A DNA stretch of 62,972 nt, the filler included, from Octopus bimaculoides (taxonomy: Eukaryota): the NCBI RefSeq assembly GCF_001194135.2. It is 6 parts of 6 records of this genome, joined end to end, with 100 filler letters (N's around TTAATTAATTAA, not from the genome) between each part and the next. Parts side by side here need not be neighbours in the genome. Positions count along the whole stretch, not along the records: positions 33,530 to 38,397 come from NW_026307601.1; positions 38,498 to 49,774 come from NC_069005.1; 4 more parts are not named here. One strand, given 5' to 3'. The translations under genes and the position numbers were made by a program. The notes under the pieces are model-generated. The model saw only the letters and a list, made by a program, of their open reading frames with translations. It searched no databases and was not told where the DNA came from. Position 1 is the stretch's first letter. The number at the start of each line of letters is the position of its first letter. This document shows, in pieces, positions 36,940-49,395 of this stretch.

Positions 36940-37552
36940 CCTTGACTGTGTGGTTAAGAAGATTGTTTTGCAACCACGTGGCTGTGGGTTCTAATGCACC
37001 ACAGGGCACCTTGGACAAGGGAGTTCTGGTATATCCCCGAGCCGAGCAAATCCTTCGTTAGTGGATTTGGTAGACGGATATTCTGTAGATGCTCATCATA
37101 CGTGTGTCTGTGTGTGTGTGTGTGTTTTTATGTTTGTTCCCACATCGCTTGACTGCTGGTGTTGGTTTGTTTATGTCCTGGTAAATTAGCAGTTCGGCGA
37201 TAGTGACCGATACAATATATATATTCATATATACATTTAGGCGTCCGTACGGCACTTAGAAAATAACTACTAATGTCGATGTGTTCAACTAAACCAGTGA
37301 TTCTTAACCTTTTTAAGGACCCCTTTTATTTAAATGAGTTTTTTCCACGGACCCCAGGATATTGACGGGAATGTAAACACACCAGTATCGATTATCAAGC
37401 GGACCCCAGGATATGTCTGCTTAACATGTTCACAGATCCCCCACTATTGTTTTTGAGGAACACCAGGGGTCCGCGGACCACAGGTTGGCAACCACTGGAC
37501 TAAACCTTTCATGGCATAGGTGCCCAAGTCCTATGACAGAAACACGTAAAAG
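36940..37552 (+). mobile_element. Old full-length tRNA-SINE family A, interrupted by a hAT MITE
   Basis: Decayed head, GT-repeat middle and tail are collinear on both sides of 37295-37497. Confidence 0.7.
37295..37497. mobile_element. hAT (Buster/Charlie-type) MITE
   Basis: TIR CAGTGATTCTTAACCT / AGGTTGGCAACCACTG; 8-bp TSD AACTAAAC / GACTAAAC (7 of 8, with central TA). Confidence 0.8.
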
Positions 37553-38095
37553 CTCTGTGTGTGTGTGTGTGTGTGCATGTGTTGAGTAGAAGTACACACC
37601 GCTAAATGACTCACCAAATCTTGCTTATTCAGATCTCGTAAGAAATATGTTGCCTTTGTTGACGAAGATATGTATTCGTAAGGCATATCAAGTCACCTTG
37701 TTTGACATCACAGCCACCTGCACTTTCGCTAGGTTTTTGTGAAACTCAGTCTTTTGTAAACATTCGGATCAAGCAATAGGAAAAAATAAATGCATCTCAA
37801 ATTAGAAAAATTATGCATAAATAAAAAAAAAATGAGTAATCAATATAAAAAGAAAGTAAATGTAAAAAAAAAAAAGCAGAAACAATAAGAATGACAAATT
37901 ATAATGGAATTTCCGGAAAGCATCGCAAAAAAATAAAGGAAAAATAATGGAGAGGAATATGACATCAGACAGCAGCGTTAACCTGTTTTAGTATAGACCA
38001 GGTATGACAAGCTTTTCCAAGAAGCGGTTCATCATCAAGCAGACGACACTACTAAAAGTATTCAAGGTGACTTTACGTTAGGTGTGACTTTTAGA

Positions 38096-38126
<31 letters not shown>

Positions 38127-38127
<1 letters not shown>

Positions 38128-38329
38128 TGTTGTGTCTGGGGTGAGTCATTTTCTTATTGTGCCTTAAAATTTAACACACACACCGTTAAAATTTTCCACT
38201 TATTTTTCTTTTTATTTTCCTAAAATTTTCGTTGCGTCTTGCAAAAAAGAAAAATAAGTGGAAAATTTACCAGTGAGTGTCTTAAATTTTAAGGCACAAT
38301 AACAAAATGACTCTCCCCAGACACAACAG
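38127..38329 (-). mobile_element. Fold-back element (arms 38127-38213 / 38243-38329) with the 3' half of a hammerhead-like motif in the spacer
   Basis: 87-bp imperfect arms; minus-strand spacer GC-AAGAC-GCAAC-GAAAATTTT-A-GGAAAAT. Confidence 0.6.
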
Positions 38330-38497
38330 AATATGCTTCAACACACGAAATCACATAAAAAATCTTGCAAACCAAATCCAAAAACGAAATATATATANNN
38401 NNNNNNNNNNNNNNNNNNNNNNNNNNNNNNNNNNNNNNNNNTTAATTAATTAANNNNNNNNNNNNNNNNNNNNNNNNNNNNNNNNNNNNNNNNNNNN

Positions 38498-38531
<34 letters not shown>

Positions 38532-38599
38532 GTGTTTTTGTGTGTGTGTGTATTTTGTGTGTGTGTGTGTGTTTCTGCGTGTATTTTATTTTTTGTGTG

Positions 38600-38850
38600 T
38601 GTGTGTTTGTGCTTATGTACCGGTGTTCATGTACCGGACTTTCGTCTATCTCAGTGTACTGTTTGTGTGTGTGCGTGCATGTGCGTGTCTGTGTGTGTAT
38701 GTATGTGTGTGTGTTTGTGTACGTGTGTATGTGTGTGTGTGTGTGTGTGTGTGCGTGTTTGTGCTTATGTACCGGTGTTTATGTACCGGACTTTCGTTTA
38801 TCTCAGTCTAGTGTTTGTGTGTGTGCGTGCATGTGCGTGTCTGTGTGTGT
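38600..38850. repeat. Two copies of a GT-rich minisatellite unit of about 160 bp
   Basis: GTGCTTATGTACCGGTGTTYATGTACCGGACTTTCGTYTATCTCAGT occurs twice. Confidence 0.75.
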
Positions 38851-39297
38851 GTGTGTGTGTGCGTGTGTGTGTGTGCGTGTGTGTGTGTGTTTTCGCTCGC
38901 CTATCCGTGTTTATGTACGCACCTTTCCTCTATATGCAACGTAACGTTTGTGTGTATGCGTGTATTTGTGTGTGTATGTGTGTGTGTGTGCGTGCGTATG
39001 AGTGTGTGCATCTGAATGCGTTGTTGATTAATACACACGCGTGTCCGACCGTTGTGCGCATTTCTGGGTGAATTCATGTGCAGCTGCAAAAGCTACATGT
39101 TGATATAATCCACGTGTTTACATCGTGCATGTATATGCGTATACACGATTACATTTCGTGTGTGTATATGTGTATATGAATCAGCGCATATGTGTTTAAG
39201 TATGATGTATGGGTGTGAGTACGCCTGTGTCTCTGTGTAAGTCTGTGTCCGTGTGTGTGCGTGTGTGTATGTGCATATGGCAGTGAGTGCTTGTGTG

Positions 39298-39299
<2 letters not shown>

Positions 39300-39336
<37 letters not shown>

Positions 39337-39609
39337 TAGTTTTATTTTTATAACGTGCTTTCACTTCACTACCGAGCGCAGCTCTGTGCGCCTTGGGTAT
39401 GTGCTGTGGTTTGCTGTGGTGCTCTTATGTTTACTGTATTGAAAGTGTTTTGCGTAGAATGTGTGCAGTACCCAGTAGTGCAATTTTCTGTATGTTATAT
39501 ATATTTGTAAGTCCTGGTGTTTTTGTTATGTATTTGTCTGAATATTTTTTTATTATACCTAAGGCACCTACTATGATAGGAATTGTTTCTGTTTTTTTTA
39601 TTATTATTA
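39300..39609 (-). mobile_element. R4/Dong-like LINE, 3' end
   Basis: KTETIPIIVGALGIIKKYSDKYITKTPGLTNIYNIQKIALLGTAHILRKTLSIQ*, then a 3' UTR; (AAT)n on both sides. Confidence 0.85.
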
Positions 39610-40267
39610 NNNNNNNNNNNNNNNNNNNNNNNNNNNNNNNNNNNNNNNNNNNNNNNNNNNNNNNNNNNNNNNNNNNNNNNNNNNNNNNNNNNNNNNNNNN
39701 NNNNNNNNNNNNNNNNNNNNNNNNNNNNNNNNNNNNNNNNNNNNNNNNNNNNNNNNNNNNNNNNNNNNNNNNNNNNNNNNNNNNNNNNNNNNNNNNNNNN
39801 NNNNNNNNNNNNNNNNNNNNNNNNNNNNNNNNNNNNNNNNNNNNNNNNNNNNNNNNNNNNNNNNNNNNNNNNNNNNNNNNNNNNNNNNNNNNNNNNNNNN
39901 NNNNNNNNNNNNNNNNNNNNNNNNNNNNNNNNNNNNNNNNNNNNNNNNNNNNNNNNNNNNNNNNNNNNNNNNNNNNNNNNNNNNNNNNNNNNNNNNNNNN
40001 NNNNNNNNNNNNNNNNNNNNNNNNNNNNNNNNNNNNNNNNNNNNNNNNNNNNNNNNNNNNNNNNNNNNNNNNNNNNNNNNNNNNNNNNNNNNNNNNNNNN
40101 NNNNNNNNNNNNNNNNNNNNNNNNNNNNNNNNNNNNNNNNNNNNNNNNNNNNNNNNNNNNNNNNNNNNNNNNNNNNNNNNNNNNNNNNNNNNNNNNNNNN
40201 NNNNNNNNNNNNNNNNNNNNNNNNNNNNNNNNNNNNNNNNNNNNNNNNNNNNNNNNNNNNNNNNNNN

Positions 40268-40505
40268 GTGTTTATGTTTGTATTTTCTCTCACTACCGTT
40301 TGACACTCGGTGTTGGTTTGTTAATGCCCACATAAATTAAGCAGTTCGACAAAAGAGAACCAATACAATAATTATCAGGATTTAAAAGAGAAAAGATCTA
40401 AAAAACAAAGAAAAACCGGGGGTGGTCGATTCGTTCGACTAAAACCCTTCAAGGCGGTGCCCCAGCATGGCCGCAGTCTAATCACTGAAACAAGCAGAAG
40501 ATAAA
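40268..40505 (+). mobile_element. tRNA-SINE family A, 3' fragment
   Basis: GGTCGATTCGTTCGACTAAAA...CCCAGCATGGCCGCAGTC tail region. Confidence 0.75.
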
Positions 40506-41165
40506 TGACATACGATAAACCAGCCTGCGTCCCTAGCGACATTCACAACCATACAATAAATTCCATCATCTTAACGCCATCCACTGGCATTTCAAGTTTC
40601 GGTTTTCGCATTGGTTACCATGGTAACTAGGTATTTAAAGATGGATATCACACATCCAGATATCATCCAATCACTTTCTCTGTTCTGTCCCCAATGATAT
40701 CAAACCGCTCTTTTTGCATTCGTTGGTGTTCGTTTCTCTTTTCTCGGCCTTCTTGCTATAATATGATTTGCGAATTCACGGAATGTTATTGTTTTTATTC
40801 CGACAGCAGTGTTGAATGAAGACTTCTCAAGAAGTAACGTCTCATGTTGTCCACACGCCATCACCTACATGGCTGTGAAACACAAGCAGGCATAGACATA
40901 GGCATACACACGTAAATTACATACATGTATACATACAAACATGCATACATACAAACATACATATACATATACATATATATACATATACATGCATACGCAC
41001 ACATGTGCATATTCATGCATATACATGCATAAATACATGCATAATCGCATACATGCATACATAGATACATTCATGCATATATACATAAAAGCACATGCAT
41101 ACATGTATATATAAATACACACATGTATGCATACATGCATATATATACACATACACACACACATA

Positions 41166-41228
<63 letters not shown>

Positions 41229-41712
41229 GTTTGCTTGCTTGCACACATGTATGCACACATAAATAGACATACATAATTGCGCACATACGTAAATACCAGC
41301 TTAGAGACATACATAAATGCATATATACCTACATGAATATATATATACATATATATATATACATACATGAATACATACATACATGCATACGTACATAAAT
41401 ACGTGCATACATATATATACAGAGATGCATAAATACATTCGTAGATGCATAGCATAAATACACGCATACACACATCAAAAGAAGCATTCTCTCTTTGGTT
41501 GTAATATTCTGCCATTTTCAAAGAAAGACACACACATTCACACGCACACAGGTACACGCTTACACTTATATATACATACATGCATACATACATACATACA
41601 TACATACATACATACATGGAAATGTACATTCATACATACATACACACACACAAACATACATACATACATGCAAGCATGCATGCATACATACACATACATT
41701 CANNNNNNNNNN

Positions 41713-41745
<33 letters not shown>

Positions 41746-41799
41746 GTCATCATCATCTTTATCATCTTCTTCACCATCTTCTTTTTCATCTTCTTCTTG

Positions 41800-41832
<33 letters not shown>

Positions 41833-41983
41833 GTCATCGTTATCATCATCTTCTCCTTCTTCATCTTCTTTTTCTTCATCTTCTTCTTCTTCTTCCTGAT
41901 CATCATCATCATCATCTTCATCATCTTCCCCATCTTCTTTTTCATCTTCTTCTTGATCATCACCATCATCATCNNNNNNNNNN

Positions 41984-42018
<35 letters not shown>

Positions 42019-42267
42019 TACATACGAATATGTACACACAGACATATACATACATACACACATGCATACATACATACATGCATACATACATACACACACA
42101 TACACACACATACATACATACACACATTATGCCACTTACTCTTTAGAAACTCTACATCATCGCTTAATTAGTTTCAAATGATCGCCACTGTTTCAGACTA
42201 AAATAATAAAATATTTTTTCTTCTTTTTCTTCTTCTTCTTCTTCTTCTTCTTCTTCTTCTTGATCAT

Positions 42268-42301
<34 letters not shown>

Positions 42302-42355
42302 GTCATCATCATCTTTATCATCTTCTTCACCATCTTCTTTTTCATCTTCTTCTTG

Positions 42356-42388
<33 letters not shown>

Positions 42389-42409
42389 GTCATNNNNNNN
42401 NNNGATCAT

Positions 42410-42443
<34 letters not shown>

Positions 42444-42505
42444 GTCATCATCATCTTTATCATCTTCTTCACCATCTTCTTTTTCATCTTCTTCTTGATC
42501 ATCAC

Positions 42506-42570
<65 letters not shown>

Positions 42571-42625
42571 TGCTCTTGTTGTTGTTGCTGTTGTTGCTGT
42601 TGTTGTTGTTGTTGTCGTCGTTGTC
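41713..42625. repeat. Compound (ATC)/(TTC)/(ATT)/(GTT) array with a higher-order unit of about 87-90 bp
   Basis: Unit ...TTTATCATCTTCTTCACCATCTTCTTTTTCATCTTCTTCTTGA... recurs 3 times, plus variants. Confidence 0.85.
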
Positions 42626-43234
42626 GCACTTGTTGTCTAACTCCAGGGCCAGACTCAGCGCTAATCCGGCAGATAAGAGGGTGTGATTTGGAGTGGATTT
42701 AGCTACCATTTCGAACAAGTTCAACGACGACGTGAAAACAGCTCATTCTTCGAATTTTACATATTCAATGGTGTTTACGTTTTTGCAGTTGTCGCGGCGT
42801 TGCTACTGCCACTGCCGCTGCTGCTGCTGTTGCTGTTGCTGCTGCTGTTATTGTTGTTGTTGTTGACGATGATGAGGATGATGATGATGATGTCTAGCCG
42901 TAGGACAGTTCTAATCCAACAGACATCAAAGCGATATTTGAGGGAGGTTCATCTCCGATTTCTAGCAACTGCACTGGCCATTTCGAAGCCTCCTCGTTCT
43001 TTCTACGTTCTTTCTAGTTGCCGCAGCTATCGTAATTGTTTAGCTCTAGATTCGTTCTGAACGAACTAACTGACTTGTGATCAAAAGCATTCCAGCCGCG
43101 CACATCACGTCGATTCTTCTCCTTTTTCCTCCATACATTTTGCCCTACTTTGCATTCGACCCTTTATGCCACAGCGGTACCCCTCTGATGAAGCCATAGG
43201 GGTGCCAGAGTCGCATAAAACGCATCTTGAGATA

Positions 43235-43287
43235 AACCCTAACCCTAACCCTAACCCTAACCCTAACCCTAACCCTAACCCTAACCC
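43235..43287. repeat. Interstitial telomeric repeat (AACCCT)8.8
   Basis: Perfect units seen directly. Confidence 0.92.
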
Positions 43288-43297
43288 ATTCCTCTCT

Positions 43298-43375
43298 TGG
43301 ACTGATTTGCAAATCTATGGACTGATTTGCATATCTGTGGACTGATTTGCATATCTATGGACTGATTTGCATATC
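43298..43375. repeat. 20-bp tandem repeat x3.9 (TGGACTGATTTGCATATCTA)
   Basis: Units at 43298, 43318, 43338 and 43358. Confidence 0.92.
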
Positions 43376-43798
43376 GTACCATTTGTTATATCTAAATATG
43401 TTTACGTAATAGAAACACGTGTCGGCCTTTGCATGAAGTAATCATGAATTAAAGATGTCTTTTTTCTTCATAATGTTTGTGTGTGCTTTGTGCGTGTATA
43501 TATGTATGTACATGTATGCATACATACACCTACGTGAGAGAGTGTGTAAATGTGTGTGCGTGTGAGTGTATTGCATTAAACCTATGAAGAATACAGTATC
43601 CAATATGTGTGTTTGTGCCTCTGCAGTCTTGCCTCACACCGCAGTTCTGTGCGTGCGTGTCTGCGTGTGCGGGTGAGTGTACGTGTGAGTGAATGTGTGT
43701 ATTTGAGAGAGAACGAGCGTGCGTAGGTGTGTGCACACCTGTATGCATGCATGTGTATATATCAGTCTATCACTCTGTCTCTGTGTCTCTACGTTCCT

Positions 43799-43858
<60 letters not shown>

Positions 43859-45509
43859 CTTTCCAGCTTTCTCAACAAGGTGATAAATATATTCTTTCAC
43901 CACAGTCAATATCAATCAAATACAAGCCACATTATACCTTTCTCCTGGCAATGGTGATTCGTAAAAATGCCTAAAGAAATTAGCTGTAAAATATCTTAAA
44001 AGCTAAAACACAAATCAGCGGCTTATTTCCCTGTCGTATATTTTTTTCCCCTGAATTGTTATTTTTTTTTTCTACATTTAAAAAAAAACAATTTTGGATA
44101 CTTACTATTTTGTGTGAAATTTATGTTATCGCTTCTTATTTGGTTAGTTCGGCAAAATATTTTTCTGCCAAATATGGCTTATATTCTGTACATTTGCATT
44201 AGTATACATAATACATGTATGCAGATATATACATATATATATATATATGCACATACATGTATGTACGTATGTATGTATATATATGTATCTATATATATAT
44301 ATACATATATTTATATATATATATATAAATATATATGTATATATATATATATTTAAATATATGTATATATATATATAAATATATATGTATATGTTTATAT
44401 ANNNNNNNNNNNNNNNNNNNNNNNNNNNNNNNNNNNNNNNNNNNNNNNNNNNNNNNNNNNNNNNNNNNNNNNNNNNNNNNNNNNNNNNNNNNNNNNNNNN
44501 NNNNNNNNNNNNNNNNNNNNNNNNNNNNNNNNNNNNNNNNNNNNNNNNNNNNNNNNNNNNNNNNNNNNNNNNNNNNNNNNNNNNNNNNNNNNNNNNNNNN
44601 NNNNNNNNNNNNNNNNNNNNNNNNNNNNNNNNNNNNNNNNNNNNNNNNNNNNNNNNNNNNNNNNNNNNNNNNNNNNNNNNNNNNNNNNNNNNNNNNNNNN
44701 NNNNNNNNNNNNNNNNNNNNNNNNNNNNNNNNNNNNNNNNNNNNNNNNNNNNNNNNNNNNNNNNNNNNNNNNNNNNNNNNNNNNNNNNNNNNNNNNNNNN
44801 NNNNNNNNNNNNNNNNNNNNNNNNNNNNNNNNNNNNNNNNNNNNNNNNNNNNNNNNNNNNNNNNNNNNNNNNNNNNNNNNNNNNNNNNNNNNNNNNNNNN
44901 NNNNNNNNNNNNNNNNNNNNNNNNNNNNNNNNNNNNNNNNNNNNNNNNNNNNNNNNNNNNNNNNNNNNNNNNNNNNNNNNNNNNNNNNNNNNNNNNNNNN
45001 NNNNNNNNNNNNNNNNNNNNNNNNNNNNNNNNNNNNNNNNNNNNNNNNNNNNNNNNNNNNNNNNNNNNNNNNNNNNNNNNNNNNNNNNNNNNNNNNNNNN
45101 NNNNNNNNNNNNNNNNNNNNNNNNNNNNNNNNNNNNNNNNNNNNNNNNNNNNNNNNNNNNNNNNNNNNNNNNNNNNNNNNNNNNNNNNNNNNNNNNNNNN
45201 NNNNNNNNNNNNNNNNNNNNNNNNNNNNNNNNNNNNNNNNNNNNNNNNNNNNNNNNNNNNNNNNNNNNNNNNNNNNNNNNNNNNNNNNNNNNNNNNNNNN
45301 NNNNNNNNNNNNNNNNNNNNNNATACATACATACATACATACATACATACATACATACATACATAGAGGTATATAAATATACTTACATATATGTGTGTGT
45401 ATGTGTGTCTTCTCTTTCTCTTTTTAATATAGAATAAATTTTGACCGGTCACCTACTTGATATCAAGGTTGTGAAAGAAAGCATTCTTATTTTGTTCATT
45501 ATCCTTTAA

Positions 45510-45750
45510 AATCTTAAGGGTTTGCAGATTATCATAATCCCAGATATCTTGATCATCTGCAGTGTGTAAATTAATGATTTCCATCCTCTTCCTAAGAACT
45601 CAAATTCAACCATTCTCTGCTCCAAAAGAACTGGAACGTATCTTGTTACTCCAATATTAATAGGTATTTTGGCTACAGGATTCGCAGTCTCCTTGTCAAC
45701 GGTCTTTTTCTAATCACGTTGGTGACCAGAGGGCAGCTAATTTCCACGCA
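45510..45750 (-). mobile_element. RLE-type (R4/Dong-like) LINE C-terminal remnant, old
   Basis: Frameshifted VEISCPLVTNVIRK...IPINIGVTRYVP...LG...LIYTLQMIKISGIMIICKPLRF resembles the RLE C-terminus. Confidence 0.45.
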
Positions 45751-45804
45751 TCCATGTTTTGTGAATGTGTGTAGGTATCTCTCACTCGCTCTCGTTCTCT
45801 CGTA

Positions 45805-45852
<48 letters not shown>

Positions 45853-47378
45853 NNNNNNNNNNNNNNNNNNNNNNNNNNNNNNNNNNNNNNNNNNNNNNNN
45901 NNNNNNNNNNNNNNNNNNNNNNNNNNNNNNNNNNNNNNNNNNNNNNNNNNNNNNNNNNNNNNNNNNNNNNNNNNNNNNNNNNNNNNNNNNNNNNNNNNNN
46001 NNNNNNNNNNNNNNNNNNNNNNNNNNNNNNNNNNNNNNNNNNNNNNNNNNNNNNNNNNNNNNNNNNNNNNNNNNNNNNNNNNNNNNNNNNNNNNNNNNNN
46101 NNNNNNNNNNNNNNNNNNNNNNNNNNNNNNNNNNNNNNNNNNNNNNNNNNNNNNNNNNNNNNNNNNNNNNNNNNNNNNNNNNNNNNNNNNNNNNNNNNNN
46201 NNNNNNNNNNNNNNNNNNNNNNNNNNNNNNNNNNNNNNNNNNNNNNNNNNNNNNNNNNNNNNNNNNNNNNNNNNNNNNNNNNNNNNNNNNNNNNNNNNNN
46301 NNNNNNNNNNNNNNNNNNNNNNNNNNNNNNNNNNNNNNNNNNNNNNNNNNNNNNNNNNNNNNNNNNNNNNNNNNNNNNNNNNNNNNNNNNNNNNNNNNNN
46401 NNNNNNNNNNNNNNNNNNNNNNNNNNNNNNNNNNNNNNNNNNNNNNNNNNNNNNNNNNNNNNNNTATATAAATGTATGTTATGTATAGTTAAATATATTA
46501 TACAGAAAGAAAGACAGGCAGATATATATATATGTATTTATATATATATGTGTGTGTGTGTGTGTGTGAGAGAGAGAGTGAGTGAGTAAGTGAGTGAGTG
46601 AGTGAGTGAGTGAGTGAGTGAGTGAGTGAGTGAGTGAGTGTGTATTCATATAAACTCATACATGTATGTACGTATCTATGTATGTCTGTATGTATGTATA
46701 TATGTATGTATGTATGTATCAATGAATCTGTGGATGTAATTGTGTGTATATATATGCGCGTTTTTGTGCTTGTACGTATGTGTGCATGTATGTACGTATG
46801 TATGTATGTCCGTGTGTGTATATAAATCCATTGCCTATTTGTTACCGTCTCTCTTTATTGTTTTTTTTTCTTAAGCAAGTTCCTCTCTAACATTTTTGTC
46901 TTTGATTGTCTTACTTTTTTTTCCTGGTCATTATTTTTCACTCAAAGCTGAAAGAAAACCCAAAGTATTTACTTCTCCGTATTTTTTCCACTTCTTTTCC
47001 AACGTATTCTTTTTCTCATTCCTGGTTTCATTTTCTTCTTTTTCTCCTTCCTTTCTTCCATTATTTTCTGTTTTCTTCTTTACTCATTCTTTTCCTTCTT
47101 CTTGTTTTCTCCTTTAACTCTTTGAATTTTATTCCGTTTCTTTCTTTCACTCAGATGAGATATTTTCTCTCTGACTTTTTATTCATTAATCAAATCTATT
47201 CTTCGTTCGCCTTTCCTCTTTCGTTTTTTTTAATCAAACTCTCTTTCCCTCTCTCCCTTTTGCTCTATCTTTCCCTCTCTCCAACCCCTCTTTCTCTCTC
47301 GCCTTCTCTCAATCACTCACTCGCACTCACTCACTCACATTCTCTCCCCTTTTTCTCCCTATCTTTCATTCACTCACC

Positions 47379-47434
<56 letters not shown>

Positions 47435-48656
47435 NNNNNNNNNNNNNNNNNNNNNNNNNNNNNNNNNNNNNNNNNNNNNNNNNNNNNNNNNNNNNNNNNN
47501 NNNNNNNNNNNNNNNNNNNNNNNNNNNNNNNNNNNNNNNNNNNNNNNNNNNNNNNNNNNNNNNNNNNNNNNNNNNNNNNNNNNNNNNNNNNNNNNNNNNN
47601 NNNNNNNNNNNNNNNNNNNNNNNNNNNNNNNNNNNNNNNNNNNNNNNNNNNNNNNNNNNNNNNNNNNNNNNNNNNNNNNNNNNNNNNNNNNNNNNNNNNN
47701 NNNNNNNNNNNNNNNNNNNNNNNNNNNNNNNNNNNNNNNNNNNNNNNNNNNNNNNNNNNNNNNNNNNNNNNNNNNNNNNNNNNNNNNNNNNNNNNNNNNN
47801 NNNNNNNNNNNNNNNNNNNNNNNNNNNNNNNNNNNNNNNNNNNNNNNNNNNNNNNNNNNNNNNNNNNNNNNNNNNNNNNNNNNNNNNNNNNNNNNNNNNN
47901 NNNNNNNNNNNNNNNATATATATATATATATATATATATATAACTTAGTACCTAGCTAGCCGCTTACCTGCTTACCTATCTATCTACTTATCTACCTACT
48001 TTCTTCCTGATTATCTATTATCTACCTTACCCACTTATCTCTCTACCTACTTACCTGTTTATCCCCCCTCTCAAGTTATCTCCCTATCTGTCTATCTATC
48101 TATTCTTCTACCTACCTACATAACATCTATCCACCCGCCACTCTACCTACATAGGTATCTATCTACCAAGTTATCTCTCTAGCTAATTACCTATCTATCT
48201 ATCTACCTACCTGCCTTCAAAAATTACCTGTATCACCAAAAATAACTTGAACGCCTACGTGAACTCGGTTCGACCAATCAGCAGTGGATAATATGTAACC
48301 AATAAAGCGGCATACTTGAAAGAAAGAAAGCTCAGTGAAATTCCCACCAAATAGTTTTATCGAAGGTTCTAGAATTTTTGCTAAAATATTATAAAACGTC
48401 GGTATATTGATCTCCAAGACACAACGACCTTAGGCATTACACAGAATTCGTCACGCAGTTCTATGATTGGTGTTCTCATTTTTTCTACTAATTAACAAAA
48501 ATATTACAGTAATCCCTCGACTACGTTCCAAAAAATCCCCCGCGATACGCGATAGATGAAAATACGCGAAGTAGAAATAGTACTGTACTGTATATTTGTT
48601 TTTCTTATTATTTCTATAATTTGTATGTATTTATTTCATTTAAATGGAAATTGTCA

Positions 48657-48885
48657 GACTAAGGTGGCACTTGTTTGCTGGCAATGCTTCTAGAACCCTG
48701 CGAAGAATTCTTGCAGTTTCTAGCAATGATGATTTTTGTCCGTGTTCCATCATTACATTTGTACCAATCTTTTTGAGCCATGTTGGTATTGAGTGCTGAT
48801 TCTTCCAAGTGCGGCAAATACTATTGGTATCACGTCTACTCTCCTCACTCACCACAACCTTCGTATTTCCCACTTATTATTGTTA
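48657..48885 (-). mobile_element. R4/Dong-like LINE 3' remnant (second family)
   Basis: Frameshifted ...TWLKKIGTNVMMEHGQKSSLLETARILRRVLEA; bounded on its 5' side by (AAT)n. Confidence 0.7.
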
Positions 48886-48906
48886 TTATTGTTATTATTA
48901 TTATTA

Positions 48907-48963
<57 letters not shown>

Positions 48964-48965
<2 letters not shown>

Positions 48966-49328
48966 CGTCCGCCTTCGCTAAGGCGGAGGTATTGTTTTCA
49001 GTTGTGTTTGTTTGTTTGTCCGTGGACAAGATATCTCAAGAACTGTCGGATGGATTCAGATGAAACTTTCAGTGATGTTTGGCTTTGTGACTGGCATGAA
49101 CTGATTAGATTTTGGGATCAATCCAGTACCAGACAAGGATTATGGATTATTTTTCCGGCTTTTTTTACTTAATTTTTGAGAGCGGTCAGGTTCATTTTTA
49201 GTTTTCTCGTTTGTGAGAGTGTTCGAGTTTATTTCAGATATTCTTATTTTAAAAATCCTCTCTGGCTAATCATTGAGAGGATGTTGATGTTGCTTTGGCG
49301 AGGGTTTGCGCTCTCTGAGTGCTCATGT
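48964..49328 (+). mobile_element. Helentron-type non-autonomous element (HINE) inserted in (ATT)n
   Basis: 5' hairpin CCGCCTT-CGCT-AAGGCGG, internal GTTTGTTTGT, 3' sub-terminal CTTTGGCGAGGG, then stem-loop GCGCTC-TCT-GAGTGC; T-rich target with no TSD. Confidence 0.75.
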
Positions 49329-49330
49329 TA

Positions 49331-49395
<65 letters not shown>

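Noticed and set aside
42683-43060. 125-aa ORF with a poly-Leu stretch suggesting a membrane protein
   Set aside because: The hydrophobic run is a (CTG/TTG) microsatellite and no family is recognisable
43185-43230. CTGATGA followed by AAAACGCATC as a hammerhead
   Set aside because: G12 is missing, stems I and II do not form, and the flanks pair with each other instead
43298-43375. CRISPR-like array
   Set aside because: Contiguous 20-bp units without unique spacers, in a eukaryotic context with no cas genes
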